From the sequence record NZ_CP025192.1: a stretch of 64,000 nt of DNA; one strand, given 5' to 3'. Origin of the DNA: a plasmid. The position numbers and the translations under genes are program-made. Shown here piece after piece: positions 26,832 to 36,311 of this stretch. Position 1 is the stretch's first letter. Every line of letters begins with the position of its first letter. Below the pieces are notes generated by a model. It was not told where the DNA came from and did not search any database. It saw nothing but the letters and a program-made list of their open reading frames with translations.

Positions 26832-27197
26832 TCAGCGCCGTCGCATCCGGATGGCGGCCATGCCCAGCAGGAACAGGGATGCCCCGATCAGGACAAGGCC
26901 CGCCAGAAACAGGAGGTCGGGCCAGCTGTCCGCTTCCGTGGGCGTGAAAGCGGTGCGGCCTCGCACGATACCGGCGAGGATGGAGCCCAGCACGATGCCA
27001 CCGGACGCGGCAAGCACCAGGAGGCTGGCCATTCCCGCGCAAGTCAGCCACACCGGCGGATCCCCGGGCAGCTGCCACCAATGGCTGTTGGCGTGGGCTT
27101 CCTGCCGGCGGAGTTCGCGCAGCATCCGCCTGCGCAGGAGGTCGTTGATCTCCTGGTTCTCGCGCCTGCGCTCCTCGTTCGAGACACCATCGCTCAT
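26832..27197 (-). CDS. Small two-TM membrane protein (TnpC-position gene of the recombinase cassette)
   Basis: 121 aa from ATG 27197, with AAGGAG ~10 nt upstream. A charged coiled N-terminus is followed by two hydrophobic helices. Confidence 0.45.
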   Translation of the reverse strand: MSDGVSNEERRRENQEINDLLRRRMLRELRRQEAHANSHWWQLPGDPPVWLTCAGMASLLVLAASGGIVLGSILAGIVRGRTAFTPTEADSWPDLLFLAGLVLIGASLFLLGMAAIRMRRR

Positions 27198-27388
27198 CGG
27201 AGTATCGCTCCTTCGCCACCCCTCACCTCCGGAGTTGGTCGGGGGCAAGTGGGCCGGCAGTGGAAGGCTTCAGGCGGGCACCACGTGGGATATCCCCGGC
27301 GTCCGCATAGGCCAGAAGCGGACATCCTTCCCGGTCTGCGGCAGGAGCATAGGGGGAGGAGAAGTGGAACAGCAAACCGTGACCGTCC

Positions 27389-28408
27389 TCATCGCACCCT
27401 GTTTCCCTGGCGCCGCCTGCGGATGACCTGGGCGTAGAGGGCGGCGGCGCGGTGCTGGCCCGCATGGTTGTAGCCCTGCGCCACGGCCGGCGTGTTGCCC
27501 ACCACCGCTGCCCCGAAGGCCGACGTCTCCCCCAGCCGCATCGCCGCGGTGGTGACCACGCTGTGGCGGATGCGGTGCGTCCCGAAGCCGATCCCGAAAC
27601 GCTTGCGGGAGAGCCGCTGGATCCGGCTGGTGATACCCTGCGCAGTCAGCGGCGTGCCCTGCCGGGTGATCCACAGCGCCTCCTGCCGCTGCCCCGCCAG
27701 CAGCGCCAGGCGGATCACCGCCAGGTAGTGCCGCATCCACGGCGTGAAGGCCGGATGCAGCTCGAAGCGGTCCGGCCGCTTCGTCTTGGTCTGCGCCGCG
27801 GTCAGCTCGACCCGGAAGCACTCCCCCACCTGGCGCAGCTCGTGACCCGGCCGCAGCAGGCTCACCGAGCGCAACCGCCGGCCGCACAGCGCCAGCAGGA
27901 CGATCAGCAGCCCGTCGCGATAGGCGATCAGGGCCCCGGGGTCGTCCCCCTGTTCCAGCCGCGCCAGCGCCCACTCCATCATCGCGAAGCCCCATTCGGC
28001 GATCACCTGCCCGTCGGGCACCACCAGGTGCCGCCTGTCCTTGGGCAGCAGCGCGTTCACCGACACGCCGTCGGGCCTCTGGATCCAGGCCACGTCCGCC
28101 TCCGGCACGATCACCGACAGCGCCATGGCCAGGTGCCTGAAGCGGCCGATGATGGTGTGGTCCGCGTTGCCGGCCCGGCGCAGCGTGCGGAAATAGGCCC
28201 GCAGCCGTGGGCGCGTGACACGCTCCAGCGGCGGCTCGTCCGGATCGAGCCAGCCGCGGCTGTCGAGGAAGGACAGCCGCGGCCATAGCCCTTGGTCAGC
28301 GTGGCGAGCGAGGCCGCGCGCAGCCGGGTACCGGGGCGGACATCCCGGAAGGGCTCGCCCGGCGTGCAGTGCAGCCGCCAGGCGGCACGGTCGGCCTCGG
28401 GCCAGCAT
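27389..28408 (-). CDS. Tyrosine recombinase (smaller member of a tandem pair)
   Basis: C-terminal GTHRIRHS...RLGE catalytic region and an N-terminal SAM-like core-binding region. The ORF extends to 28555; ATG 28408 is the likely start. Confidence 0.7.
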   Translation of the reverse strand: MLARGRPCRLAAALHAGRALPGCPPRYPAARGLARHADQGLWPRLSFLDSRGWLDPDEPPLERVTRPRLRAYFRTLRRAGNADHTIIGRFRHLAMALSVIVPEADVAWIQRPDGVSVNALLPKDRRHLVVPDGQVIAEWGFAMMEWALARLEQGDDPGALIAYRDGLLIVLLALCGRRLRSVSLLRPGHELRQVGECFRVELTAAQTKTKRPDRFELHPAFTPWMRHYLAVIRLALLAGQRQEALWITRQGTPLTAQGITSRIQRLSRKRFGIGFGTHRIRHSVVTTAAMRLGETSAFGAAVVGNTPAVAQGYNHAGQHRAAALYAQVIRRRRQGNRVR

Positions 28409-28445
28409 GCCAGCGGCCAGCACAGGCGGGATCGCGGGATCGCGC

Positions 28446-30254
28446 TCATCGCCGGCTACCCCGCCGCGTGTCGCGCTGTCCGCCCCCCGGCGTGCCGCCA
28501 CTCCGGCGGCCCATGACGAGGTCCTGGTAGCGGCGCGCGGCCCGGCCCTGCACATTGCCGCTGTAGCGCCTGGTGATCTCGAAGGAGGAATGGCCGAGCA
28601 GCTGGCGCAGCTCCTCGTAGTGGTCGGGGAAGGCTTCCAGGAACAGCGTCGCTGCCAGGTGACGGAACTGGTGCGGCGTCATGTTCACCCCGACATGCGT
28701 GGCGATCGCCCCCTTGATGGCATCGCGCAGGCCCTGATGGCCGATCCGCTCGCCCGGCCTGCCGTACCCCGGGAACAGCCAGCGGCAACCCGGGATGGCG
28801 GGGCGGTAGTCCGCGATCCATTCGCGGATCAGCGCCGAGAGCCCGGCCGGGATCGGCATCCTGATCTCCTTCCTGCCCTTGGTCTCTCCGGGCGGGATCC
28901 ACAGCTCGGTGATGGCACCGCGCCGGGGATCGGGACGGTAGAGGTTCCGGTCCAGATCGAGGCCCGCGAGGTTGGCCAGGCGCAGCGGCAGGTGCGTCAG
29001 GATGGCGATCGCCAACGCCCGCATGGCCAGCGACCGGGCCTGCGGCGGCGCCTCGTCACGCAGCCGTCGCGCGGCGCCCATCAGCACCCCGGGCAGCTCC
29101 AGCAGCGCCGTCAGCTTGTCCGGCTGCAGGATGGCCTGCATCGTGCGCTCGTTGCGCAGGGTCATGCCGTCGTATTTCAGCGCGACCCTGTCCCGCCAAC
29201 CCTGGAGCCGTTCCAGCTGCCGCGGGGACAGCGCCCCATGGTGCTTCGCGATGATGCGCAACACCTCGGCCACGTGGTGGCCGGCCGCCGATGGCCGGCG
29301 TTCCCGCTCGCCCTCGGCGGCCTCGGCGCGGCGGTAGAGGAAGCCGATCGCCGCCTCGATGCGCCCGAAGGGCGACACCAGGTCCCGCAGCGAGGTGATC
29401 TGCTCCATCGGCACCGCGCCGCTGGCCACCAGCGCGCTCGCCGCCCAGCGGGCGTGGTCCACCCGCATCGCCACGGTGGAGGGACGCAGCGGCCGCATGT
29501 CCAGCAGCCTGTTCTCCTCCTCCGCCGATCCGGGCTCGGGCAGGTCGAGCACGTTGCTGCCCAGCCGCCGCCGGAAGGCCTCGAGATCGGCCCGGAAGCT
29601 CGCTGGGAAGGCCTCGGGCGGCAGCACGTAGGCCTTGGGCCGGGCCAGCCGGCCCAGCGGCCGTCCCGGCCAGTCCGCCACCTCGCGGCAGGCACGGTTC
29701 CAGCCGCCGCGGACATCGCCGGCCGTCTTGCGGGGTTTGGGCGTCAGGTTGCGCTCCGTGAGCCAGGCCTCGAAGTCCGCCAGCGCCGCGTCGTCCACCG
29801 CCTCCGGCGCCACGCCCCGGACGCTGCAGAAGCGGGCGAAGGCGATCAGGCCGTAGGGGCGGTAGGCGGGCAGGCCTGCCAGCGCCGCCCGCCAGGCGGG
29901 CGAGAGGGGCGCGTCCGCGGGATCCATCAGGCCCAGGCGCCGCAGCACGTAGCGCAGCGCCGAGCGCAGGGTGCACATGGTCGGGCGCTTGACGCCGTGA
30001 TGGGTGGCGGTGCGGTCGAAGACCCGCTCGCGCAGGAAGACGGGGCTCAGCTCGACGGCCGCGGGCGGCAGGTCCGCCAGCCTGCAGACGCCGCGCAGGG
30101 CGGAGGCGAGGTCGCGCCGGCGGGTGGGGGTGAGGTCGTCCCAGCGGGCGACCTCGGCCAGCGCCATGGCGACGGTGAGCGGGATCCCGGCGGACAGGCC
30201 GGAGGCCTGCTCCAGGGGTGCCGCGGGGGCGGGAGGACGGGCGGAAAGATGCAT
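28446..30254 (-). CDS. Tyrosine recombinase (large, ~600 aa; Tn554 TnpB-like size)
   Basis: HQFRHLAATLFL...LGHSSFEITRRYSG carries the R-H-R-Y catalytic signature. ATG at 30254; the ORF extends to 30359. Confidence 0.75.
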   Translation of the reverse strand: MHLSARPPAPAAPLEQASGLSAGIPLTVAMALAEVARWDDLTPTRRRDLASALRGVCRLADLPPAAVELSPVFLRERVFDRTATHHGVKRPTMCTLRSALRYVLRRLGLMDPADAPLSPAWRAALAGLPAYRPYGLIAFARFCSVRGVAPEAVDDAALADFEAWLTERNLTPKPRKTAGDVRGGWNRACREVADWPGRPLGRLARPKAYVLPPEAFPASFRADLEAFRRRLGSNVLDLPEPGSAEEENRLLDMRPLRPSTVAMRVDHARWAASALVASGAVPMEQITSLRDLVSPFGRIEAAIGFLYRRAEAAEGERERRPSAAGHHVAEVLRIIAKHHGALSPRQLERLQGWRDRVALKYDGMTLRNERTMQAILQPDKLTALLELPGVLMGAARRLRDEAPPQARSLAMRALAIAILTHLPLRLANLAGLDLDRNLYRPDPRRGAITELWIPPGETKGRKEIRMPIPAGLSALIREWIADYRPAIPGCRWLFPGYGRPGERIGHQGLRDAIKGAIATHVGVNMTPHQFRHLAATLFLEAFPDHYEELRQLLGHSSFEITRRYSGNVQGRAARRYQDLVMGRRSGGTPGGGQRDTRRGSRR

Positions 30255-30355
30255 TCGGCAATCTCCGGAAAGATGCGGCGAATCGGGAGCACACAGCACT
30301 CTAATCCCAGGCCGATTGGCGCCCCGGGGTCTCACGACAGGCTCGTAAGGGGTTG

Positions 30356-30808
30356 TCATGACGGAGTTTTCCCGCGGGCCGGCCCACCGGCAGCGGGAGC
30401 ATCGGCACGGCCCTCACGGCTGCCGCCGGAGCGGTCCCGCCGGCTCTCCAGGATGGCCTGGCGCATGCGGCCGCCGAGCAGGGCGCGGACCTCCTCCTCG
30501 CGGAAGTAGACCGCGCGTCCGACGCGCAGCGGCGCGAGGTATCCCCGTCGCACCCAGTCGCGCAGGGCCCGCTCGGAGCGACGGAACACGGCCGCCACCT
30601 CGGCCGCCGTCAGCAGCTTCGGCAGGGATGCGGCGGGGGATCGGTCGGGCGCTGACGGCGTGGTGTCCGCAGCGCCGTCCGGGTGCGAGAAATCCGCCGT
30701 GGCCGGAGGCGCCCGTGGCGGGCGCGGCAGGAGCGGCGAGACGTTGCGTCCCGGTCCAGGATCGGGGCGGCGGGCCGGTGCCGGCCTGCGTTGCGGGTGT
30801 GTGACCAT
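30356..30808 (-). CDS. Excisionase-family (AlpA/Xis-like) helix-turn-helix DNA-binding protein
   Basis: LLTAAEVAAVFRRSERALRDWVRRGYLAPLRVGRAVYFREEEV matches the excisionase-type HTH. It lies directly upstream of the large recombinase. Start uncertain. Confidence 0.5.
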   Translation of the reverse strand: MVTHPQRRPAPARRPDPGPGRNVSPLLPRPPRAPPATADFSHPDGAADTTPSAPDRSPAASLPKLLTAAEVAAVFRRSERALRDWVRRGYLAPLRVGRAVYFREEEVRALLGGRMRQAILESRRDRSGGSREGRADAPAAGGPARGKTPS

Positions 30809-30937
30809 GGACAGGCCACTTGCATCACGACCGCCGCGTTCGTCCGCTGAGTTAATTGAACGTTTGATATCGTAACGAATCAGGCCCGGCCATGTGAGCC
30901 TGGGCGCTGGCCAGATCGGTGCTGCCTGACGCCGGGA

Positions 30938-32017
30938 TCAGCGCGATGTGCGGCGGGTGGCCTTCAGCACGGTGGCGGCGATCCGGCGGTAGTTGCGACG
31001 TTCCGCGTCTGTCATCTCCGCCGGGAATTCCCGGTGATAGGCATGCTCGATGCCGAGAAATCGCCGGCGCAGATCCTCCGCATCCGCCTCGCCCAGGGTG
31101 ACCTGCTCCGGATCCCCTCCCTGCCAGCTCGTGGCCGCCTTCCTGGCGTGCAGGATCTCCTCCTCCGCCACCTCGCGGATCGCATCGCCCAGCCGGTAGC
31201 GGCCACGCCGGACATCGTGCCAGCGGCAGGCCAGCCGGGCGCGGACGGACTGCGCGAGAAGGAACGTATCGCCGCGCGGACGGCCAGGACCGGCGGGCGG
31301 TACCTGGCCGGAAAGCCGGATGGCCTCCGCGCCGAGCTTGGCCAGATCCTGGACATGGCGAAAGTCAGTGGGTGCAAGCTCCCCTTCCCCATCGAGCCAG
31401 CGGGGAAGGCGCCGGAGCAGGTCCTGGATCTCGCGTGCCGCCGCGGCGTTGCCGGAACGGCGCCCGCCTTTGCGTTCGGGAACAGCCACGGAGCGGCCGA
31501 GCCTGCCGATCTCGGCACCGGCCTTCGTGACCAGCAGCAGGGTCTGCAGCGCCGGCAACCCGGCCCATTCGCCACGCCGGAGGGCACGCAGCGTCTCCAG
31601 GACGAGACGCAACAGCCCGTCGCCCGCCGCGACGATCAGGGGGTGCCGGCGGATCTCCTCGAACCGCTGGCGCGATGGCGCGGTTCGGTGAGGATGCGGC
31701 CGTGGAGGTGCGGGCGAGCGCCGCGGCCGCCTGCTGTCCGAGGGCCGGATCCGCCCGCGCCTTGCCGCCTCGAGGAAGTCCGGCAGCGGCCAGGACCAGC
31801 GCTCGTTGGCGGAGGTAAAGCCGCGGACGATGCCGTCCGCGATCCGGGTGATCCTGCGGGTCTCGCCATCCTCCAGGAAGACCGCGCCGGGCCGGACCCA
31901 GGCCGCATGGTCCGCGTCGGGTGGATCGGTTGGGGGAGGCAGCGTGTCCGGCACCGGCGAAGCATCCGATTGTACTTCCCACCGATGCCACCACCCGGAA
32001 TATCTGTCGACGATCAT
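30938..32017 (-). CDS. Hypothetical protein
   Basis: 359-aa ORF with protein-like composition. The overlapping plus-strand ORF 31034-32638 is Arg-rich junk. Confidence 0.45.
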   Translation of the reverse strand: MIVDRYSGWWHRWEVQSDASPVPDTLPPPTDPPDADHAAWVRPGAVFLEDGETRRITRIADGIVRGFTSANERWSWPLPDFLEAARRGRIRPSDSRRPRRSPAPPRPHPHRTAPSRQRFEEIRRHPLIVAAGDGLLRLVLETLRALRRGEWAGLPALQTLLLVTKAGAEIGRLGRSVAVPERKGGRRSGNAAAAREIQDLLRRLPRWLDGEGELAPTDFRHVQDLAKLGAEAIRLSGQVPPAGPGRPRGDTFLLAQSVRARLACRWHDVRRGRYRLGDAIREVAEEEILHARKAATSWQGGDPEQVTLGEADAEDLRRRFLGIEHAYHREFPAEMTDAERRNYRRIAATVLKATRRTSR

Positions 32018-32071
32018 GACGGTGACCGGCCAGGGGACGACAGGCCACCGCCGGCACTTTCCGCTCTCCCC

Positions 32072-32557
32072 TCAGTTTGTTGCGGCCGGCGGTCTCCAGC
32101 AGGCCTGCAGGTCGCGGGCGATGGACCAGGCGATGTATTCGCCGCCGTGGCGAGGAGTCATGGGCAAGGGCCGCAGATGTCCCCGGTTCTCCAGACGCTG
32201 TGCTACCCGCAGCTTGGCCTGCAGGCCGTCGCGTCCCCGGGCAGGGGTCGCGATCAGCGCCTGCTCGACCTCGGAGAGCCAGTCGGTGGCGGCATCGAGC
32301 TCGGGCTTGAGCCGGTCCTCATCGGCGAGGGTCCGTGCCCGCGCCTGCAGCGCTCCCAGGGCGGCGTAGGCATTCCGCCACTCGGCATGGAGGCGCTGGA
32401 GCTTCGTGTCCGGATCACCGGCCGGCCTCATTGCCGATACGGCATTGCGGAAGGCGGCAAGGTTCAGGCTGCCGGCAATCAGTGCGGCAAGCGCGGCACG
32501 ACGGGAAAGGCCGCCTCTGCTTCGGTGGCGGTTTGTGATACGGGCATGCTTAGCCAT
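32072..32557 (-). CDS. Hypothetical exported protein (Tat-like signal)
   Basis: N-terminal RRAALAALIAGSLNLAAF signal-like segment. Confidence 0.5.
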   Translation of the reverse strand: MAKHARITNRHRSRGGLSRRAALAALIAGSLNLAAFRNAVSAMRPAGDPDTKLQRLHAEWRNAYAALGALQARARTLADEDRLKPELDAATDWLSEVEQALIATPARGRDGLQAKLRVAQRLENRGHLRPLPMTPRHGGEYIAWSIARDLQACWRPPAATN

Positions 32558-32712
32558 GGCCGGCTGATCCCTTCAGCAGCTGTGGTCAGGCCGGGCGGGA
32601 GGGGTCCAGCCTCTCGTCCGGTCGCTCTGATATTGTGAAGGTTCCTCCTCACACGTAATGTGTAACCCTACTCATTCAGTTGAACAACTCAATTTGAGTA
32701 AGGTAACTCGTT

Positions 32713-32952
32713 TTGGAAATCACGCCCGCGCAGTGCCGTGCGGCTCGTGCTCTGCTGAATTGGTCGCAGGATCAGCTGGAGACAGCGGCCAAGGTAGCGC
32801 GCAAGACCATCGCCGATTTCGAACGCGAAGTCCGCCGGCCGTACGCGCGGACGCTGGAGGCTCTTCGTGCCGCTCTGGAAGCGGCAGGAGTGGAATTCAT
32901 TCCCGAGAACGGAGGAGGCGCCGGGGTGCGCCTGCGGAAGCAATCCTCGTGA
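32713..32952 (+). CDS. XRE-family helix-turn-helix transcriptional regulator
   Basis: AQCRAARALLNWSQDQLETAAKVARKTIADFE is an HTH_3/XRE signature. TTG start. Confidence 0.7.
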   Translation: MEITPAQCRAARALLNWSQDQLETAAKVARKTIADFEREVRRPYARTLEALRAALEAAGVEFIPENGGGAGVRLRKQSS

Positions 32953-33287
32953 AGGCCTGGATTGTCGCTCCTGGCCTGCTCCTCACCCAGGCGGGCACTG
33001 CCATGGCACAGGCCATCGCCGTCCCGTCCGATCCCCGGGCGCGCTACGAGCTGGTCAGGAAGGTCAGGCGCGACGATGGCCTGGTCGAGATCACCACGCG
33101 CCGCCAGGGCCCGTCCGGTACGTCCTTCGCCCGGCGTGAGGTCGATTGCCGCCGGCGGTTGTTCCGCTACCTCAGTGAGGGTGACACCCTGGAAGAGGCT
33201 AGGCGCCCGGCCCCCAGTCCCGGCAGGATGTCTCCCCTCTTCGACGGCTCCATCTCCGACCACATCGCGCGCTTCGCATGCCGGTAG
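32949..33287 (+). CDS. Small secreted hypothetical protein
   Basis: The GTG start overlaps the XRE gene stop (GTGA). N-terminal signal peptide VKAWIVAPGLLLTQAGTAMAQA. Confidence 0.4.
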   Translation: MKAWIVAPGLLLTQAGTAMAQAIAVPSDPRARYELVRKVRRDDGLVEITTRRQGPSGTSFARREVDCRRRLFRYLSEGDTLEEARRPAPSPGRMSPLFDGSISDHIARFACR

Positions 33288-33628
33288 CCGGTGAGGCGAG
33301 CGCTCCGGCCGGTGCCGTCTATGACGGCGATGGCCGGCTGGTCCTGGGCAGTGGTCCCGCCTTCTCGCTCGGCCTGATCACGGACCGTGCCTTCCAGGCG
33401 GTGCTGCACAACCTGGACGAACCGGGGGATACGATCGAGCCGGAGGACCGCCTCTGGCTCCTGCCCGAAGGGCTGATCCCAGACGCTCCCCTGCACGTCC
33501 TGGCCAGCCTCGCCGCGGTCGTGCGGGCCGGCCGCAAGGTCGTCGTGATGGCGGATAGTGCCGAGGCCGGCAACCGGGCCTGCGAGGCCATCGGGCAGGC
33601 CCTCGATGCGAGGCAGGGCAGCGCCTGA
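33278..33628 (+). CDS. Hypothetical protein
   Basis: 116-aa ORF overlapping the previous stop. No recognisable motif. Confidence 0.3.
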   Translation: MPVAGEASAPAGAVYDGDGRLVLGSGPAFSLGLITDRAFQAVLHNLDEPGDTIEPEDRLWLLPEGLIPDAPLHVLASLAAVVRAGRKVVVMADSAEAGNRACEAIGQALDARQGSA

Positions 33629-33693
33629 GCGCGCGTCACACAGCGTTCTGTCCGGATGGCCAGATCACACCGTCCGGCCGGCCCTCCCCGGCA

Positions 33694-34086
33694 TCAACCG
33701 CGCCGGCTGGCCCGTAGCCACGCCGCGAAGGCCGCTTCGTCCAGCCCACCTTCGACCAGCCGCAGCATCTGCTCCACGGCCCGTGGCGCGGCGACGTCGA
33801 TCTCGACACCGTTGGCCTTGAGGAAGAGCACGCAACAGCCCCAGGCGGTCCGCTTGTTGCCATCGTTGAAAGGATGGTTGGCCGCGAGACCATAGGCATA
33901 AGCCGCGGCCAGATCGAACAGGTCGGGGACGCCGGCATCGGCATAGGCGAGCTTGTTGCCGGGACGGCCCAGCGCGCTGTGCAGCATGCCCTCGTCCTTG
34001 ACGCCCTGGACCCCGCCATACTCCCGCAGGGCTTGGTCGTGCAGGAACAGCACGACATCGGCCTCCAGGAACTCCGGGCCGCTCAA
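33694..34086 (-). CDS. doc: Doc (death-on-curing) family toxin, Fic fold
   Basis: Doc motif HPFNDGNKRTA. Confidence 0.8.
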   Translation of the reverse strand: MSGPEFLEADVVLFLHDQALREYGGVQGVKDEGMLHSALGRPGNKLAYADAGVPDLFDLAAAYAYGLAANHPFNDGNKRTAWGCCVLFLKANGVEIDVAAPRAVEQMLRLVEGGLDEAAFAAWLRASRRG

Positions 34087-34322
34087 CGCCTGGCGAGTTC
34101 CTGCAGCGCGTCGGCCTGCTCGCGCAGGACCTCGCGGGCCAGCTGCATCTGCCGCTCGAGCTTCAGGTTGCGCTTCACCAGCTTCACCCCATCCGCCAGT
34201 TCCACCAGGGTCAGGTCCTGGCCGACCTCCAGCCCCATGCGGATCCTCGTCTCGGCCGGGAACGTCACCCCGACCGAGTTGCCCTGCCGGCGTAGTGTCA
34301 CCGTGGTCATGATGCGCCTCAT
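34083..34322 (-). CDS. AbrB/MazE-fold antitoxin partnered with Doc
   Basis: MTTVTLRRQGNSVGVTFPAE swapped-hairpin N-terminus. Overlaps the doc start by 4 nt. Confidence 0.75.
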   Translation of the reverse strand: MRRIMTTVTLRRQGNSVGVTFPAETRIRMGLEVGQDLTLVELADGVKLVKRNLKLERQMQLAREVLREQADALQELARR

Positions 34323-35039
34323 CCCGTCTTACGTTCAGTAAGACTAGGGCTTGTACTCCGCCCCCTCAAGGGTCATCGACGCCCGCGGATCGTGCGGGCC
34401 GCCATCATGGCCCTCCCCGGGGCGCCCGATGTCCACGCCTTCACCCCTCGCGTTCCGCCGCGAGCGGGCAGCAGGCCTCGGCGGTGACATGGGCCAGCCG
34501 GCTCAGCCGCAGCACCGTGACGCTGCTGCCCGGCACGGCCGCGGCGATGTGCTGCAGCACCGGGATCCGGCCCAGCACCTGCTCGCTCACCGCCTGTGCC
34601 ACCAGGTCGGCCCCCGACACGCCGGCCGGCGTCCACACCGCCCGCCGGGCAAGGTCTCCTCCGCTGCCAGCAGCATCGGCCCGGTCGAAGGAGCGGGAGG
34701 AGTCACCGCTTCTCTCTCCCCCTGCCCTGTCCGTAGTTGTTGCACCAGTTCAGGGACAGCACGGCGCCTACTGAGGCCAACACGCTGGGCAGCAACGCGG
34801 CGGATGGAAGGCCCGACGGTCGGCGGCCGAAACCATAATTTCCAGGTAAGGCTACAAGCCACCTTCACCAGCCGCGTCCTCTACCAGTGTCAAAAGCGCT
34901 GTAGCTTGGCCGGGCTGGCACCAAGCCCCTGGCCGCAGAGCAGCTGAGCCGCACCATGCCATAGCCTGATGCCGAGGCCCTGAACGGCCTGTTCGAGCGG
35001 TACGGCAAGCCGCCGATCGCGCTGGCGGATGCGATAAAG

Positions 35040-35150
35040 CTGACAGCAAACCGTCGTCAGACGGCTGACAGCCACCAGACTGACAACAGCCAGCCAATGG
35101 AGAATAGTGTGCCAACTGTTGTCTATTGACAAACTGACAACAATTTGAGC
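35040..35150. repeat. Cluster of CTGACAGC/CTGACAAC direct repeats and a near-palindrome TTGTCTATTGACAA upstream of the second parA; candidate centromere or operator. It overlaps a C-terminal gene remnant.
   Basis: Four or more TGACA(A/G)C copies plus inverted copies (TGTTGTC) within ~110 bp of lower GC. Confidence 0.3.
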
Positions 35151-35190
35151 TTCTTTCGGAGGGGAAACATCTAATCGAGGGAATCATTCG

Positions 35191-35886
35191 ATGCCGACCA
35201 TATCTCTTGCCAGCTCTAAAGGTGGCGCTGGCAAGTCCACGACAGCCGTCGTCCTGGCGACCGAACTCGCCGCGCGTGGCGCGACCGTCACTCTCATTGA
35301 TGCCGACCCGAACCAGCCGGTCGTCCGATGGAGCCGGAAGGCCGGGAAGCCGGAAGGTGTTATTGTCATCGGCGGCGTCACCGAGGAAACAGTGTCGGAG
35401 GTGATCGATGAGGCTGCCGGCCAGACGCAATTCGTCATTGTTGACCTGGAAGGCACGGCGTCCGTCATGGTCGCCTATGCCATGAGCCGGTCGGATCTGG
35501 TCATCATACCGATGCAGGGGTCGGAACTCGACGGTGTCGAGGCGGCCAAGGTGATCGGCTTCATCAGGCGGCAGGAGAAGGCCTACAAGCTGTCGATCCC
35601 ATACGCTGTCCTGTTCACTAAGACGAACCCGGCCGTCCGGCCGCGGACGCTGAAAGCGCTTGAAGCGGACTTCCTGAAGCAGGGCATCCCCGTTTTCTCG
35701 ACCGCCCTGCATGAACGGGACGCGTTCCGCGCCGTGTTTAGCTTCGGCGGCGGCTTGGCCAGCTTGGCCGACAAGCCTGTCGGCGGATTGAAGCCCGCAG
35801 CCGAGAACGCCCGCGCCCTGATGACCGAAGTCGTAACCCGCCTGGATAAGCAGGCGGCGCCAGCCCAAGCCGCGGAGGTCGCATAA
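35191..35886 (+). CDS. parA: ParA-family partition ATPase (second copy)
   Basis: Deviant Walker A SKGGAGKSTTAV. Confidence 0.85.
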   Translation: MPTISLASSKGGAGKSTTAVVLATELAARGATVTLIDADPNQPVVRWSRKAGKPEGVIVIGGVTEETVSEVIDEAAGQTQFVIVDLEGTASVMVAYAMSRSDLVIIPMQGSELDGVEAAKVIGFIRRQEKAYKLSIPYAVLFTKTNPAVRPRTLKALEADFLKQGIPVFSTALHERDAFRAVFSFGGGLASLADKPVGGLKPAAENARALMTEVVTRLDKQAAPAQAAEVA

Positions 35887-36311
35887 TGTCCAACATACGC
35901 CCCAGCATCTTCGCCGAGGACTCTGACGACGACGTCGACCTTACCCGTTTCGCGCCGAAGGCTCTGAAGCCACCGCCTGTGCCAGCCGCCGACATACGCC
36001 GCCTGTCCGAGGAATCCGGCTTTCCCAGTCGTGCGCCGTCATCTGGCGACAGACAGACAACAGTAGCGCAACTGTCAACTGTTGGCACTTTGCCAGCACC
36101 TGTGCGCCGCCCCGCAAAGACAGGCCGGACCCAGCTGTTGAACGCCCGCGTCACGCCGAAGGCGCTTGAGCGCTATCATGCGATCGTCGCAGCCGAGCAG
36201 CAGCGGTACGAGGCCGGGGAAATCACGCATAAGCCGACGCTCGGTGAGATCGTCGAGATGGCCCTGGCGGCCCTGGAGAGGGAGCGCGCCAAGAAGGGAA
36301 GGGGGGCATGA
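35886..36311 (+). CDS. Ribbon-helix-helix partition/centromere-binding protein (second copy)
   Basis: C-terminal LNARVTPKALERYHAIVAAEQ is RHH-like. Overlaps both the parA stop and the rep start. Confidence 0.55.
   Translation: MSNIRPSIFAEDSDDDVDLTRFAPKALKPPPVPAADIRRLSEESGFPSRAPSSGDRQTTVAQLSTVGTLPAPVRRPAKTGRTQLLNARVTPKALERYHAIVAAEQQRYEAGEITHKPTLGEIVEMALAALERERAKKGRGA

Noticed and set aside
28215-30509. 764-aa plus-strand ORF across both recombinase genes
   Set aside because: It is antisense to two recombinases with catalytic motifs. Its composition is dominated by R/G/A/P.
31034-32638. 534-aa plus-strand ORF
   Set aside because: Arg/Gly-rich. It overlaps two more protein-like minus-strand ORFs (30938-32017, 32072-32557).
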